Assembly: GCA_964016885.1 (NCBI GenBank)
Contig: OZ024740.1
Coordinates: forward strand, 368,156,001-368,220,000
Reading direction: 5' to 3'
DNA length: 64,000 bases
Source: Eledone cirrhosa
Lineage: Eukaryota
In this document: positions 25,066 through 38,791 of the stretch, piece by piece
How positions within the stretch are numbered: the stretch's first letter is position 1
How the letters are laid out: each line of letters begins with the position of its first letter
Notes under the pieces: generated by a model
Databases searched by the model: none
Told to the model about the DNA's origin: nothing
The model's input: the letters and a program-made list of their open reading frames with translations, nothing else
Position numbers and translations under genes: made by a program

Positions 25066-25998
25066 CTTGAACTCTGTGTTTATCAGATTTATGGGCCTGA
25101 AATTATCTATGTTATCCCCCTATTTCGGATCCTTTCTCAGCAGCGCCACCGCTCCTCGGCTCAAAGTGCCGGGAATTCTCAGGTTCTGTTGCCAGTTGCA
25201 GTAGACGGCCGCCAAGAGGCCTCCGAACAAGTCTGGCATTTGTACGTAAAGTTCATAGGGCAGACCATACAAACCAGGCGATTTACCCCTTGTGCAGCCA
25301 GTCATTGCCTCCCGGACTTCAGCGGCTGTTATCGGCTTTTCGCAAAACTCCGCCTCAGTGGCTGAGAGCTGCGGCAACCCGTCGAGGTAGACACTAAAGT
25401 ACATCACTCGATCCGGCCCGCCGCTGCCACCGAACAGTTGAGCGAAGTGTCGCTGAAAAGCTTCACACATTTGCCCGGAATCGAGTAGCATGCGCCCGTC
25501 GTGGTCCCCCAAAGACCGGATCGTGGCTTTGTTGCCACGACGCGCCTCCGCCACTCAGGCCCATTGAACGGCTTTCGTCCCTTCGTGTCTGAGAGCACGC
25601 ACCCTAGCTCTGACAATGCAGCCTTCGTGCTTTGCATTGAAGAATTGGTCAAGGGCCAATTTCGCCGCAAGTACGTCGGTCGCGATGCCTTTGCAAACCG
25701 CCTCGTCTAATTTTCTAACTAATTCTCTCTCTGCTCTATTTTTCTCTATTGCTAAAGCCTTACTAAACCTAATGGACTCTATTCTAATTGCTCTTTTCAG
25801 AGCTAACCACCACTTGTTGTTGACGATGTCCCCCGTCAATGCCCGCTCAACTAGTTCGCTAATCCGGTCTCTGTAGGCCTTGCACGCTGGTAAGGACGAG
25901 TTTAGCTTCCAGTAGCCGGGTCCTCGTCTATGAAGCCTATATAAGTTAAGCACACAGATCACAAATTGGTGGTCCGTGTAGCTGAATATCTTGAATTG

Positions 25999-26682
25999 TT
26001 AACAACCTATGCTAGACCTATCTATTTTCCTACAAAATACTCTATCTAGATATGATCTGGATGACCCTATACGATTTGTCCAAGTCCACATTGGTACATT
26101 CGGGAAATTCAATCGGTACCTGTCAGACAGTTCAAAACGCCTGAGCAGGTTGGTGAGACTCTTGCACCCTCCTCCCCTATCCACTAATCCCACACAGTCC
26201 CAGCGTGCATCTAAGATCCCGTTCCAGTCGCCCACTAACACTAAAGAGCGGGACGTTCCAAGAAAGGTCTCCAGACGCCGGAAGAAATCAGGCCGCCCTG
26301 CTCCTGTCGGGGCATAGACGGCCACTAACCTGAAAGCTTGGGCGTCTCCGCTGGTCACGTCCAGCACCACCAACTTACCTTCTGGGTCCAGGAAGATGGC
26401 CCGTATGGCAAGATCCAAACCTCTCCGAAAAAGCACAGCAACTCCACCTCCCGATCCCGGACGGCTGGGAGATGCGTACACATCGTAGCCCTCGAAGATC
26501 GGTGCGAAGGCCCGTGCTTCGGAGATTCTAGTTTCGCTGATGGCCACTACATCTATATTTAATGACCTGAGGTCGTTGAGCAGGTGGCCCTGCTTCCATG
26601 GCGACACCAAGCCACGCGCATTTAAGCTGCCTATCCTGAGGAGGTCATGTTGAAATGGAGTGGAAAAGTTGGGAAAGACCAC
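25999..26682 (-). pseudogene. Tx1 ORF2 apurinic-like endonuclease domain
   Basis: 227-aa ORF with APE motifs, interrupted by a stop before the final SDH-like motif (YTDH). Confidence 0.9.
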
Positions 26683-28843
26683 TTACCTTACTTCTCGTAG
26701 AGGAAGGACGGTTTTTCCATCCTTTTCATTGCTTGTGGCCTCCTCAAGAAGGATGTCCTTATAAATCCTCCTGGAGAGTGCTTGTCGGATGTCTTTGGGG
26801 AATTTTTGTTTTAGTGTCATGTACGTTTTCTGTGTGATGCGAGTGATTTGTATGTGTGGAGGTGGTGTGAATTTTTGGGTTGTTGTGTAGTCTTTTTCTG
26901 TGATGCTGGTGTTGTGTTTGATGTAGTGTAATAATTGCTTGTTGTTCAAATTTAATGCTGTATAGTGTGTATCGTTTTGGTTGTTTTGTTTTGTTCGCGT
27001 TTGTTGTGGGCTTGTTTCTGTTTCGCATTTTGGTGACTTTTGTGGTGTAGGTGATGGTGGTGTTGGGGTTAATGATGGTGATGGTGCTGGTGTTTGGGGT
27101 GATGGGGTTGGTGATGCTGGTGTGGATGGTGGCATATCTGTCCTAACTTTTTTGTTTGTTAATTTATTTGTTTCTTTCTGTATTTTGTTTTTGGAGGGGG
27201 AAGGAAGAGATTTTTTCTTTTTTGGTTTCTTTTTTTCTTTTTTCCTGATACCGTTTCCCACTCCTCGTCGTCACAATCTGTCTCCAGCTGTGATAGGCCG
27301 GGGAGTGGAAAATCCTCCACAGGCGTTAGTTTTGGTTGTGGCGTGGTGGATGGTGGTAGGCGCTGGTGTTAGTTCTGAAGCGTTGGGTGGTGGTGGTGTT
27401 GGTTTTGCTACTGTTGCTGGGGTTGTTGCTGTTATAGTTGCTTCTGTTGTTGCTGCTACAGTTGTTGCTGCCATCTCTGCTACTGGTTGTGTTGATGTTT
27501 GTGTCACTGGGGTGGGTAGGAGAGGTGGCCTCATCCTTTTAGCCTGAGGGCAGAAATACTTTAGGTGTGTTCCTGCACCACAAACGACACACCTAGGCCT
27601 TCTGCCCTCGACAATTCCGGTGAGGTGGCTGCCGTCAGTGAGGTCTATACCTCTGGGATCTCCTCAATGCTTTTTTGGTCGGCTTGGATCAGGAGCTCCA
27701 TCCCAGATCCGGACCAGTTCTCCTGCTTTTCTTTTGCTATTGCTATTATCTTTGTGTTGGCTTCGATGCCGGCGAAGACAGCCGCTATTAGCCAGGGAAT
27801 TTCGATGGCCAGTGGAACGTGGGTCACCCTGATCTTTACGAGTCTCTGGCCACAATAGCTTGGCACGAGTGTGAAGTCGGTACTTCTTAATGGGGCCACG
27901 GAGTGTTCTCTAGCCTCCTCTGGTGTTTCAAAGAACACGTCCACGGTTCCATAATTCTGCCCACGTCTGATGCGGGTTTTTCTTTCCCACACATGTCCGA
28001 AAGCTTTTTGCATTTGGGACTCGGATGCCCGTTCCACTCGGCGCGATTTTACATTAATTGTTCGGTACGACACGGTGCATAGGCGCCGATGCTCCATTTT
28101 ATTAGGTGTGTGTGTGGGGGGGGGGGGGTAAGGCTGACCCTGTACCCATCTTTCTTTACCATTTTGTTGGCATTTTCTAATTCCTCCTGAGTTACCGTAA
28201 ATGCTTCGCACTGTTTTGCTACTCTGGCAAACCTCAGGGTGGTTTTTTTAATGTCATTGTTGCTGTTGTTGTTATCGTTATTTTAGTTATTATTAATTTT
28301 AGTTTCAGTTGTGGTGGTGGTGACGTCAGTGGTGTTGGGTGTTGAAGAGTCCATTTTGGTTGAAAACATTTGGACATCACGAGTTGATTTATTTTTTCCT
28401 TTTGTTTCTGTTGTCGCAGTGGTGGTGGGGGTGGTGGTGGTGGTGGCGGCTTTAACACCTGCAGTCATTGGTAATGGCGGGAAATGAATGTCTACCTGAG
28501 ACAAATTTAAAATATTGCTACTGCTTACATGTTTTGTGTTGGCAAACGTAATAATATTTACAATGGTGGTGTCGGTGTGAGGTGTTAGTTTGTGAGGAAG
28601 GCTATCAGCTGCTTGGTGCATAGGTGAATTAGCCATTTTTTTTCAAAGAAATTTTTGAAATTCATAAAAGTTTAAATTTTGGGCACAAGGCCCCAATCTT
28701 TTTGGGTGTCCTTATCGGAAAACAATGTATGCGCGCTTATAAACAGTTAACAATAAAATTTTCCATAAATGGCAATTTTTAACAAACGAAAACAACAAAC
28801 CTTTGCGGAGCTCACGATGATACGATTTACTACGTAGGTCGCC

Positions 28844-28908
<65 letters not shown>

Positions 28909-28928
28909 GAAGAAGAAGAAGAAGAAGA
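28844..28928. repeat. (AAT)n then (GAA)n microsatellite
   Basis: Visible tandem repeats abutting the Tx1 5' end. Confidence 0.95.
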
Positions 28929-29350
28929 TAAGGTGGTAGAGGGGAAGGTGAGGAGAAAAGGGAGGAAGAAGAAGAAAAATATGAGGAGGAGGACCAGGAG
29001 GATGGGGGAGAACGGAAATTATATAAAAGTGATAATGAATGAATTAGTCATACCTCGGGCCATTTTTTCTATCTATTCTCGTAGTATAATAAGATATGAT
29101 TATCTCATAACAATGAAACACCTCATCTTTCACGATAATTACAATGTCCTTCAGTCATGTAACGTAGTAGAATGTGATGGAATATAGCGTAAATATACAT
29201 TACGAATTCATAATTGGGAGCGCATCATATTGCCTGAAAGCATTTGAGTGTGAAACTTTAAAAGAAATTTGCATGTAGAGATTTCATATACTGATCAATT
29301 CCCAAAGTTTTATTTCTGGTTTAGAAAACAAGTCAATTGATAATGAAAAA

Positions 29351-29409
<59 letters not shown>

Positions 29410-30211
29410 CCACAACAAATTAGCAAACGATACTCGAGGACACCGTTTCACCGAGCGGATGTTCAGCCCGTAAATGGCTGCGGTGAGACCGTAAGTGTAT
29501 ATGAGCTGACAAGATTCATTACGATAGACGGCGAAATGTCGCTATAAGTGTAACAACTCAAATTAGACTAATGTTGGGTTAACAATGTTCGTTTGAATTA
29601 GTTCAAACATAATTGGAATTCTATAAGAATCCAGCTTCTATAGCCAATAGCAAAGGCGAAAGGATATTCAGTCTTGACATACACTAATAAGTGAGAAACA
29701 TTCATCGTCGATTACTTCTCTTTGTTTTTGTCGGAGCTGGGTATGTGAAGTTAGTCACTACCTTACATTTATAGCAAAAGACCTTCAAAATGTTTTTAAA
29801 TAATCATGCAGTATATTATTAGATATACAATACGTACATTCATATATATATATAATTGTAGACACATGGCCATTTCGGCAGACCTACCAATGAACAGTCA
29901 TTGTTAACTTAAACGAACCTTAAAAATCAGTAGTGTCGCCCCCCCCCCCCCTGTGTCTCTTCATGCACTTAGCTTGCATCTTTTCTGCCTTTGTTACTCT
30001 AAATATAGTTTTTTTTAAATTCTCTTTTCTTTAATTCCATCAACCAACGACCTCCCCCCCATCCCAATCACCACCCTCTTCTACCACCAGAAAAGGTATA
30101 AATACCACCATATTACTTGGACAATCGGCTTCCTGGAGATATCTCCCGAATGAAACAGTTCTAGTCCTGTAGAAGCCATTTCTATATTAAATATATATAT
30201 ATATATATATG

Positions 30212-30287
<76 letters not shown>

Positions 30288-30705
30288 CCTGTGTGTCTGT
30301 ATGTGTGTGTGTATGTCTGAATAGGTGAGTGTGTTCTATATATATTAACGAAATTGTTTTCTATTTTGGACTTCTTGTTTGTTTGGACATCGATGTCAAG
30401 GATCACTTTATTTCCTGTTTTCCATTTCAAAAACATCTGCCCCATTAATCCCACGCCATGTAGATATTTCTTTACAATTTCCTTTGCTGTTTCATATAAA
30501 AGTGTTCATTCATTTTCGTTTGCTCGCTTCTGACACGTCAATTATCATTAATACTGATTTTTAAATCGTATACACGATTCTTCTATTTCTAAAGGCTATT
30601 ACAACCCTCATATACACTATTCTTAAATATCTATTTATTGATTCAGCTTGCTTGATTGACCAAACAAAAACTGTATACTGGTTAATTCTCCTTATTTACC
30701 ATATA

Positions 30706-31100
30706 CAGGGTGGATTGGCAGTATCGGTAGATGGACGGGCGCCATGCTTTGACCTATAGAGTTACGGCCCTTGCCATTCTGTGTTCAAATCCTGTCGAGG
30801 TTAACTTTGCCTTTCATCCTTACGGGGTCGATGAAATAAGGTACCAGAAATGCACTGGGTAATTGCTGACCCTGTGCCAAAAATAGAAACAATTAGTTAC
30901 CATAAAGATAGGGCGGTGAATTGGCAGTATCGGTAGAGGGTCGGACGCCATGCTTTGACGCATAGAGTTACGGTCCTTGCCATTCTGAGTTCAAATCCCG
31001 CCGAGGTTAACTTTGCCTTTCATCCTTACGGGGTCGATAAAATAAAGTACCAGTAATTTACTGGGTGACTGTTGGCCTTGTGCCAATAGTAGAAACAATT
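30706..31100 (+). mobile_element. Head-to-tail dimer of SINE S1 (30706-30893, 30908-31100)
   Basis: Two full S1 bodies. ttatttaccatata-like motif before, between and after them. Confidence 0.88.
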
Positions 31101-31758
31101 ATTTACCATATAGATATAACAGAATATGATAACTTATAACATTCAAGTATATTCCATTGTTTTGAGAAAAAACCAAGAACATTATTTACTTGATAAAATA
31201 ATTGTTTTATCTCATAGCATCTCATCTGTCGTCCGTATTCAACATCCTTCTGAATAACATCCAAACAGTGAGATAGAAACTGAAAATAATGATCGTAACA
31301 CTTTTGTAAAAAAAATAAAAGAAGAAAATAAAATCACTTTTGCTGCATTTCCATTAAGCATAAGAGTTTTTGATTGAACACAAATTCCCTTTTAGATTTA
31401 TCAAAACGCTTTCTCAAATAATGCTCAGAGAAAATCATTTTGACTTAAATTCAACAATGACAAATAACATTTACTCAATGGAAATATGTCAAATACAGGC
31501 AATGGACGTTACAAGGAATGCTGAGATAATGTTATGAATGCGGTGTGATGAAATAAGTCAGGTTTCGCAATCTAACCATAATATGAATGTCCTGTTTGAA
31601 TGCACTACACGGGAAAGAAGAATGATAATTTTTCTATGTGCGAATCAAACATTTTTTTAAAGGAGTGTCACATACATTGCACGAAATCTAGATCAATTTC
31701 TGCATCGAATTCAGTTAATATACCCAGTGATAAAAACAATGACTGAAACCGGATAAAT

Positions 31759-31863
31759 AATTGTTTCTGCTTTTGGCACAAGGCCAGCAATTATCCCAGT
31801 GTATTACTGGTACTTTATTTTATCGACCTCGATGTTACGAATGAAAGGCAAAATTAACCTCGA
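31759..31863 (-). mobile_element. SINE S1 3' fragment
   Basis: aattgtttctgcttttggcacaaggccagc...gaaaggcaaa. Confidence 0.8.
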
Positions 31864-32288
31864 TGTTACAAGTGCACGAGTACACGTTTGACTGTACACA
31901 AGATAAGAAGAGATGAGCGGTGGTACTGATGTGAATTGCTGGGAATGTCTAGCATCTATCAGCAAAAAATGCTTGTCATACCGTGTACACATTTGAGCTT
32001 TCAGATTTCAACCCATTACAATAGTATTCCATTCACATCCATGATCTCTCTTCCCTTGTACACCGCATGTCTTCCAGAAAAGACGGATTCATCTCCACAT
32101 TAAAATAACTGTCGTCACTTACTTCCTACGTCACAATGTAACATTTTATTTAGCCCACTACATACTATCACACTGTAAAATGTTAGTGCGCTAGTGCCAA
32201 AATAAATTCACCCATAATAATATATTTGGGCTGGTGCCAGTAAAACTATATGCCAGTAAAACTATAAAAGGACCCAGTAAAACTATGT

Positions 32289-32432
32289 TTGGCGTTAGGA
32301 GTGACATCCAGCCGTTGAAACCACGCAAAAAATAATATATGTGCAGACATTTCTGACATCAGAACATGATATCACCTTTAAATCAAAGAAACCTGGAAAA
32401 TAAACGCAAATTATGATGATGATGATGATGAT
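32289..32432 (+). mobile_element. Fragment of a second SINE-like family with (GAT)n tail
   Basis: ttggcgttaggagtgacatccagccgttgaaacc resembles the ggcgttaggaagggcatccagc motif of mollusc SINEs (from memory). Ends in atgatgatg. Confidence 0.5.
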
Positions 32433-32922
32433 ATGTAGGATGATGATAAATATTTTCAGTAAACCGATTCAGCATACAACGATTTATTTAATAATGGACC
32501 GAATGCATTTTAGATGAAGGTAATATATTTATTACTTTAGATTTCAAATTTACGCCTAGTCAAACATTTCCTTCTCTTTGCTGAGTGTTGTTAGAGGTAA
32601 AATTGTGCAAATATGCATGTTTCATCGCATTTGTACAGTCCGTAATAACAAGAAAGAAAAAAAAAAAGAAAATATGATAGAAACCAAAAACTGCAGGGAG
32701 CCTGGTTTACATACAAAAAATTTACAAAACAACATAGATTAAATATAACGTTTCTGGTTGAATTTGTATCAAAGGAAACCAATCCGATACACATACACTC
32801 ATAGACATAGAAACACATAGATATTCACTGAATGATGGCGTTCATTAGAATGAATACTGAATCCCACTGCATATTCTCTATCAAGGTATAACAGACGCAC
32901 ATTTGTATAGAAAATTCCAGAG

Positions 32923-32955
<33 letters not shown>

Positions 32956-33043
32956 CTGTTCGTTGTTTCCTTGAATTATACACACGTAAACACAAACACA
33001 GAAACACACACACACATATATACATATATATATGTATATATAT

Positions 33044-33216
<173 letters not shown>

Positions 33217-33226
33217 TATATATATA

Positions 33227-33296
<70 letters not shown>

Positions 33297-33720
33297 TTTA
33301 ATTTCGCGGGTTTCGTAGGACAATTCAAATAAATCCAGGTGACTCATGGCACAGAATTATTCCTTTAAAAATAGCAGTAAAGTAACTCTGAAATAGTAAA
33401 AAAGGACTTGATAATATATATAGTCTAATATATATTGTGCCGGAAAAGATTACAATGTAATGTTTACTTTTACTTTTTTTCTGAGTGTTTGAATCAGACT
33501 TGGTGACAATACCGACTAGTATTAACAAAATGATACATCTTAATAACGACAAAATAGACGCAATTTGAAAAAAAACAAAACAACAACAGAATAGTGAACT
33601 TGTTAAAATAATGCGATATTACGAGTTTATCATATTTATTTTAACAAAAATCACTAAAAAACATTAACATTGTGAATATTCAAGTACACAAATAAATACA
33701 AAATGAGTGCAAATACTTAC

Positions 33721-33843
33721 CGAATGTGATAATTCTTTACTTGCAATGTGGAAAGGATCCATGCCCCACCACGTACCTAACATTACACCGTCGACAACCA
33801 ATAGAACACCGACGATCAGGAATAATTTATAATCTTTTATAAC
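33721..33843 (-). CDS. GABBR2: GABBR2-like exon (TM4)
   Basis: 123-nt exon, caatag| ... |gtaagt, with a poly-T tract upstream. Encodes VIKDYKLFLIVGVLLVVDGVMLGTWWGMDPFHIASKELSHS. Confidence 0.93.
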
Positions 33844-33938
33844 CTATTGTATGTTAAAAAAAAAAAAAATAGGATAATAATTATTGCATGTATATATGTA
33901 TGTGTATATGTACATATATACAAACACATATATATTTG

Positions 33939-33975
<37 letters not shown>

Positions 33976-34715
33976 AATATATATAGTAGACAGACAGACA
34001 GATATATAGATATATAGATAGATAGATAGATAGTTAAGTAAATCGACAGGCAATTACATAAATAGATCATAATTTAAAGTGTTCAGGAATATATGAGTGT
34101 ATTCATTCAGTTTCATGCGTAGTTTTTGTCAAATTCGCTTGACACATCAGGCACCCAGCGTGAAAGGTACTGTACAACAAACTCGTCGCATTTTAATTTC
34201 TACCAATACGGCTAACATGACGGTTTCACTGGGTCTCGCGAGAATATCATGTGCTATGTGACGGTGGATGAGGACCATTCTGAAGGTAGCATTCAAAACG
34301 TGATTTGATTAGCGACTAAGTGTGTGGAGAAAAAAGGTGTCTAGTTTGCACCAGCCTCCAGTCCGATGCAATGCATGTGTTTGTGTTTGTGTAGGTATGT
34401 ATCTATACAACTGTACACGAGAAGAGATATATACCCCCTCAACAGACTAAACGTATTTTATCTTGGGAAGTAACAATTTCATTTATAGCTTCTAAATAGA
34501 GAAAAGGATTTTACGGATTTGTTTAAAGTACTTCGTAGATATTTTGATTATATTTCTTAAAAGTAATTCCCGATAAATAGAAATTCACTCCATTTTTCAC
34601 CATTTTTCTAATCTGATAAACATGCGAATCTCCAGTGTAACAAGACTCACTAAATAATATTAAACTGCTCTTCGGGATTGAATAGTCTTTTCTCGCAGCC
34701 GTCCCCCATTTACGG

Positions 34716-34783
<68 letters not shown>

Positions 34784-34784
<1 letters not shown>

Positions 34785-37250
34785 TATCACAGAAACGAGC
34801 AAGGATTTGCTGCCAGATTAATTATCTTAAACACTGTCTGAAGAACGATTTAATCCCCAACATCATCAGAAATATCCGGCTCCGCCGAGCCCTCAGTTCA
34901 TCGGGATTCATTAAACGTGTGCATCACACCTGCTTAAAAAATTCACACGTAATTTATACCACCAGCTCCACCTACACACACAACCAATTTCACAACAGAT
35001 GATTTTACTAAGAATAACACTCGATAGTCTGCTCTATACTACTACAGCGCTATCGACCAGTGCTACCATGCCCGGGTCCATTTTGAGAAAGAACGTCTCA
35101 AACATAAATTCGACTGGACCCTTAAAGAACAGACTAAAGCCAATAATAGCGTTACACGTGATAACAGCACTCCTCTCTAGCAGACAACCTCTAACACTAT
35201 TGGAGTCGGGCTTCAACATGTTCAACGCCAGAAACACGACAACAGCAACCCCACCGACTCTATGAACAGCTCCACTCTTGACCCGCAGAATGATGACAAC
35301 CTAAAACTCGTCACAGATCTAACTGGGTCTCTTTCCAACGATGAAATGCAATTCTTCCGTCGGGAACCCAAGTTTATCTTGACGTAGTAACTCGATGACA
35401 GACTCAAATTCGCCATCGAGGACAATTTCTACAGAGCCGCCTACAAGCTAAAGTGGCTGCCTTTCACTGAGACTACCACAATGAACTCAAGATTCCCCAC
35501 TTTCAATCGCGACAACTTACTACACCCTCCATCCGCCAACCGTGATCTAGAGACTAAACTCTAACGGTTAAAACTTACCATTACTAACATCATACAAAAC
35601 ACACACATACTCACCACAAACTCTCCAGATCACAACTCGCTACCCTAAGCAGCCTTAGAACAAAGAAACTTGTATACCTCCCGTCGGACAAGGGAGAAGA
35701 GATTTATGTTATTACCAGAGAAGCCTACAACAGACTAGCCTTCCAGCATCTGAAGGACGACAATATCTAATTGGAAATCACTAGCATTACACCCACTCTG
35801 ATATAGAACTGGATCGACACTGCCTGGACAAAATTCTGCGACCGACGAAGGCTCCCTAACTGATTCCGGTACCATTACATAACGAGGAACAGTAGGCTGC
35901 GCAACTTATACCACTTGATCAAAACCCACAAAGAAGGACCTGACCTGGAAGATGGACCCATTGTCCCCAGTGTTGAAGGACCATCTTATAAAATCTCTTG
36001 GCTACCGACCAGTTCGCATGATGTCATCCATCGACTCAACCAACTTGAAATTGACACTCTCAAATCCAACAGATACGCCTAGATCTAGTATTCGCTACAC
36101 ATCGGCAACAGCACTTTCGGCAGTGGACATACTCACTGAATGTGGAGGTTTCAGCGAGCTGGATTATTTTGGGCTCACCACCATCGACATCCAACAGCTC
36201 CTATCCATCATTGTAAACAACTCATTTTCCAACTTCCTTGGACAAACATGGATTACCCATGGGATCCAGCCACTCGGGTTTACTGGCCATTACGTATGAG
36301 AAGAGATGTGAATGCCGAGATCTTTCTGCACTAGATATGTGGATAATATACTCACCCTCACACCCACCAAGGAGAATGCCACAAGATTTTCGAATATTTC
36401 AACATGCTGAATATAACATGAAGTTCAACATCTAACATCCCACCGACTCCCGGTCCCACACTGTACTTGATTTCAGACTGAACATCTCTGATAGTGGTGA
36501 CATCTACACCGGTTTCTACTGCAAAGCAGCCAGCAAGGACCTGTTTGTGCATTAGAAAACTGCCCTCCCCAACAGATCTAAAAGACGGTACATTTTCAAC
36601 GAAATGGCTCGCATACGCAACCGATGCAGCAACGCTGCTAATGGAGCCACCCATATCAGACGATTCCACAAGGTAGTAGAGATTAACGGCTACCTAACTT
36701 CCTTCACCACCCCACGATAAACCCAGACCCAGCGACCGGACCAACACAAACAACAGTTGCTTCTTCAAGATCTCACATCACAGTGAGGTAACCATCAACG
36801 CCATACGCAAAGCCATCAGGAGAGGGCCTCAATATCCAACTAGCTCACTCTGGACCTTCCCTGCGAAGATGCCTCTCCACAAGGCACCCCCCCTCCAACG
36901 AGGATAACGGATACACCCTAGGCAATTGCCATATCTGCAACACTAATAGTTGCCTATGTACCTACGTAGTATACAGGATAGCATGTAACAAATGTTATCT
37001 ACTTTACATAGGCAGCACTATTCGACTGTTACATCTCCGTATTAAAGAGCATGTTAACACCAACTTCTCTTACTTCCGCAAACACACCATCAAATGCAGA
37101 AACCTGGAAAACATTACCACCACAATGTTAACTACTATAGGCACGCTGAGAGTTAAGGAAGCCCTCTTAATCAAGCAATTAAAACCTAGGATCAAATATC
37201 GAATGGAAAGAAGTGTACCAGAATGGCTGTATTCTAACATCCCAGTGGTC
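34784..37250 (+). mobile_element. Decayed Penelope-like retroelement (RT + GIY-YIG)
   Basis: Fragments in shifting frames: INYLKHCLKNDLIP, YLPSDKG, LYHLIKTHK, HGLPMGS, RYVD, then CHICNTNSC and VVYRIACNKC..YIGSTIRLLHLRIKEH. Begins right after (TA)n(GA)n. Confidence 0.85.
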
Positions 37251-37784
37251 AGTTTCATTCTTTCTGTCAAATTAAATCTATGTCCTCACTCGACAAACAC
37301 ACTTAGACTCACACAAACACACACACACATATCACACATTTTTTCCCTTTTTATTATATACATATTCGCACACTCCCTTCACTAGATAAATGTATATTCA
37401 TGCACACACATACAAACATCCCACTAAGCACACTTACATTCATGCACACACATTCATATATCAGAAACTTTTCCACAAACATTTCACAACGCTCACGTTC
37501 GAAATTATAACGTCTTTTCATTTCATTTAACTTGAGTATGTTTTCCAAACAAGTCATTACCGATCGATCTTTTAAGTCTATCCAAGAGATACTCCTTTGA
37601 TAATTGGTATTTAAATCCGAAAATATTTGGTATTATTAAATTTGTTAATGTGAGATTATTTTGTTGTTTTAGCAATTTAATTTTCTTTCTAGTGCATTGT
37701 ATGGTTTCCAAACTATTAACATTTGCGTTTACGGTTCAAAAATGCTTCAAGCAAATTACAGCACTCTGATACACACATACATAT

Positions 37785-37816
<32 letters not shown>

Positions 37817-37967
37817 ACACACATACACACATATATATATATATTTATATTTATATATATATAAACAATGTGTTGATTATCATTCAACAAAGTTAATTTT
37901 ATAACAGATTTGAAGCACTCTACATAATTTATCTGAAGTATTATTAATATTAACAAGTTTAATAAAT

Positions 37968-38207
37968 GTAAAATATATATACCATATTTATTATATTATA
38001 CGTATTTCATGGACACACAGTTTTAGTATTCTTTCATCAGTTAGCGACCTTATACTATTAAGTCTACGCTAAGGTATGTCTATATCTTAACGCCAAATAT
38101 TATGTTTTATCTGATGAAAGCACACTAAAATGTTGTGTCCTTGAAATACGTATAATAAAATAAATATGGTATTATAAAGATATTTTCCATTTATTTATAT
38201 TATTAAT

Positions 38208-38208
<1 letters not shown>
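37968..38208. mobile_element. Fold-back element (arms ~37968-38040 and 38111-38188) ending in (TA)n
   Basis: Diverged inverted repeat; both arms contain CTGATGA...GAAATACGTAT. Confidence 0.7.
38105..38160 (+). ncRNA. Minimal type I hammerhead motif
   Basis: ttttat-CTGATGA-aag..ctt-GAA-atacgtat-A-ataaaa: 6-bp stem I, palindromic stem III, AUA triplet. Confidence 0.7.
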
Positions 38209-38294
<86 letters not shown>

Positions 38295-38320
38295 ACTCAC
38301 ACACACATATATATATATAT

Positions 38321-38791
38321 ATTAGAATTGGTGCTCTGTAATAGCGATGTATATATATGGATGTATATATATAGTGTATTTGGTAATACACTGTATTCTT
38401 AATTAAGGCATTTTGAAGACCTTGCGCTATTGTTTTAAAATAGAGACTATGTCACTTAATTATTTTTTCAACAAACAAAGGGAGATAAGCTGACATATCT
38501 CTGTTTCATACTGTTGGTATTCCTCAGAGCTTAGCACACCCTTTGTTTGTTGAAAATTATGAATGTTGGATTCTTATAGAATTCCAGTAATACTCAGGAA
38601 CTGATTATACAGAGCGGTTGCCGGTCCAGCAAAGATTGAAAATTAGAATTGGTGCTCTGAAATAGCGATGTATATATGGATGTATATATAGTGTATTTGG
38701 TAATACATTGTATGCTCAATTAAAAGCATGTTGAAGACCTTACGCTATAGTTATAAAGTAGTGACTTTGTCACTTAATTCTTTTTTCAACA
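38321..38791. mobile_element. Family B, two tandem partial copies
   Basis: attagaattggtgctctg... at 38321 and 38642, homologous to 15901. Confidence 0.8.

Larger units (their letters stand above)
22968..28843 (-). mobile_element. Full-length, disrupted L1/Tx1-clade LINE
   Basis: ORF1 from 28636 with zinc knuckle CVVCGAGTHLKYFC (~27550-27592). ORF2 from 26682 with APE endonuclease (SLNARGL, AISET, AVYAP, LVGDWN, SYLDR), RT (LDQSKAFDRV, VRQGCPLS, AYADD) and C-terminal CPRC..H..C. AATAAA at the 3' end. (AAT)n on both sides. Confidence 0.93.

Noticed and set aside
26981-27547. 188-aa plus-strand Gly/Val-rich ORF and other plus-strand ORFs in 23000-28000
   Set aside because: Antisense shadows of the GC-rich Tx1 ORFs.
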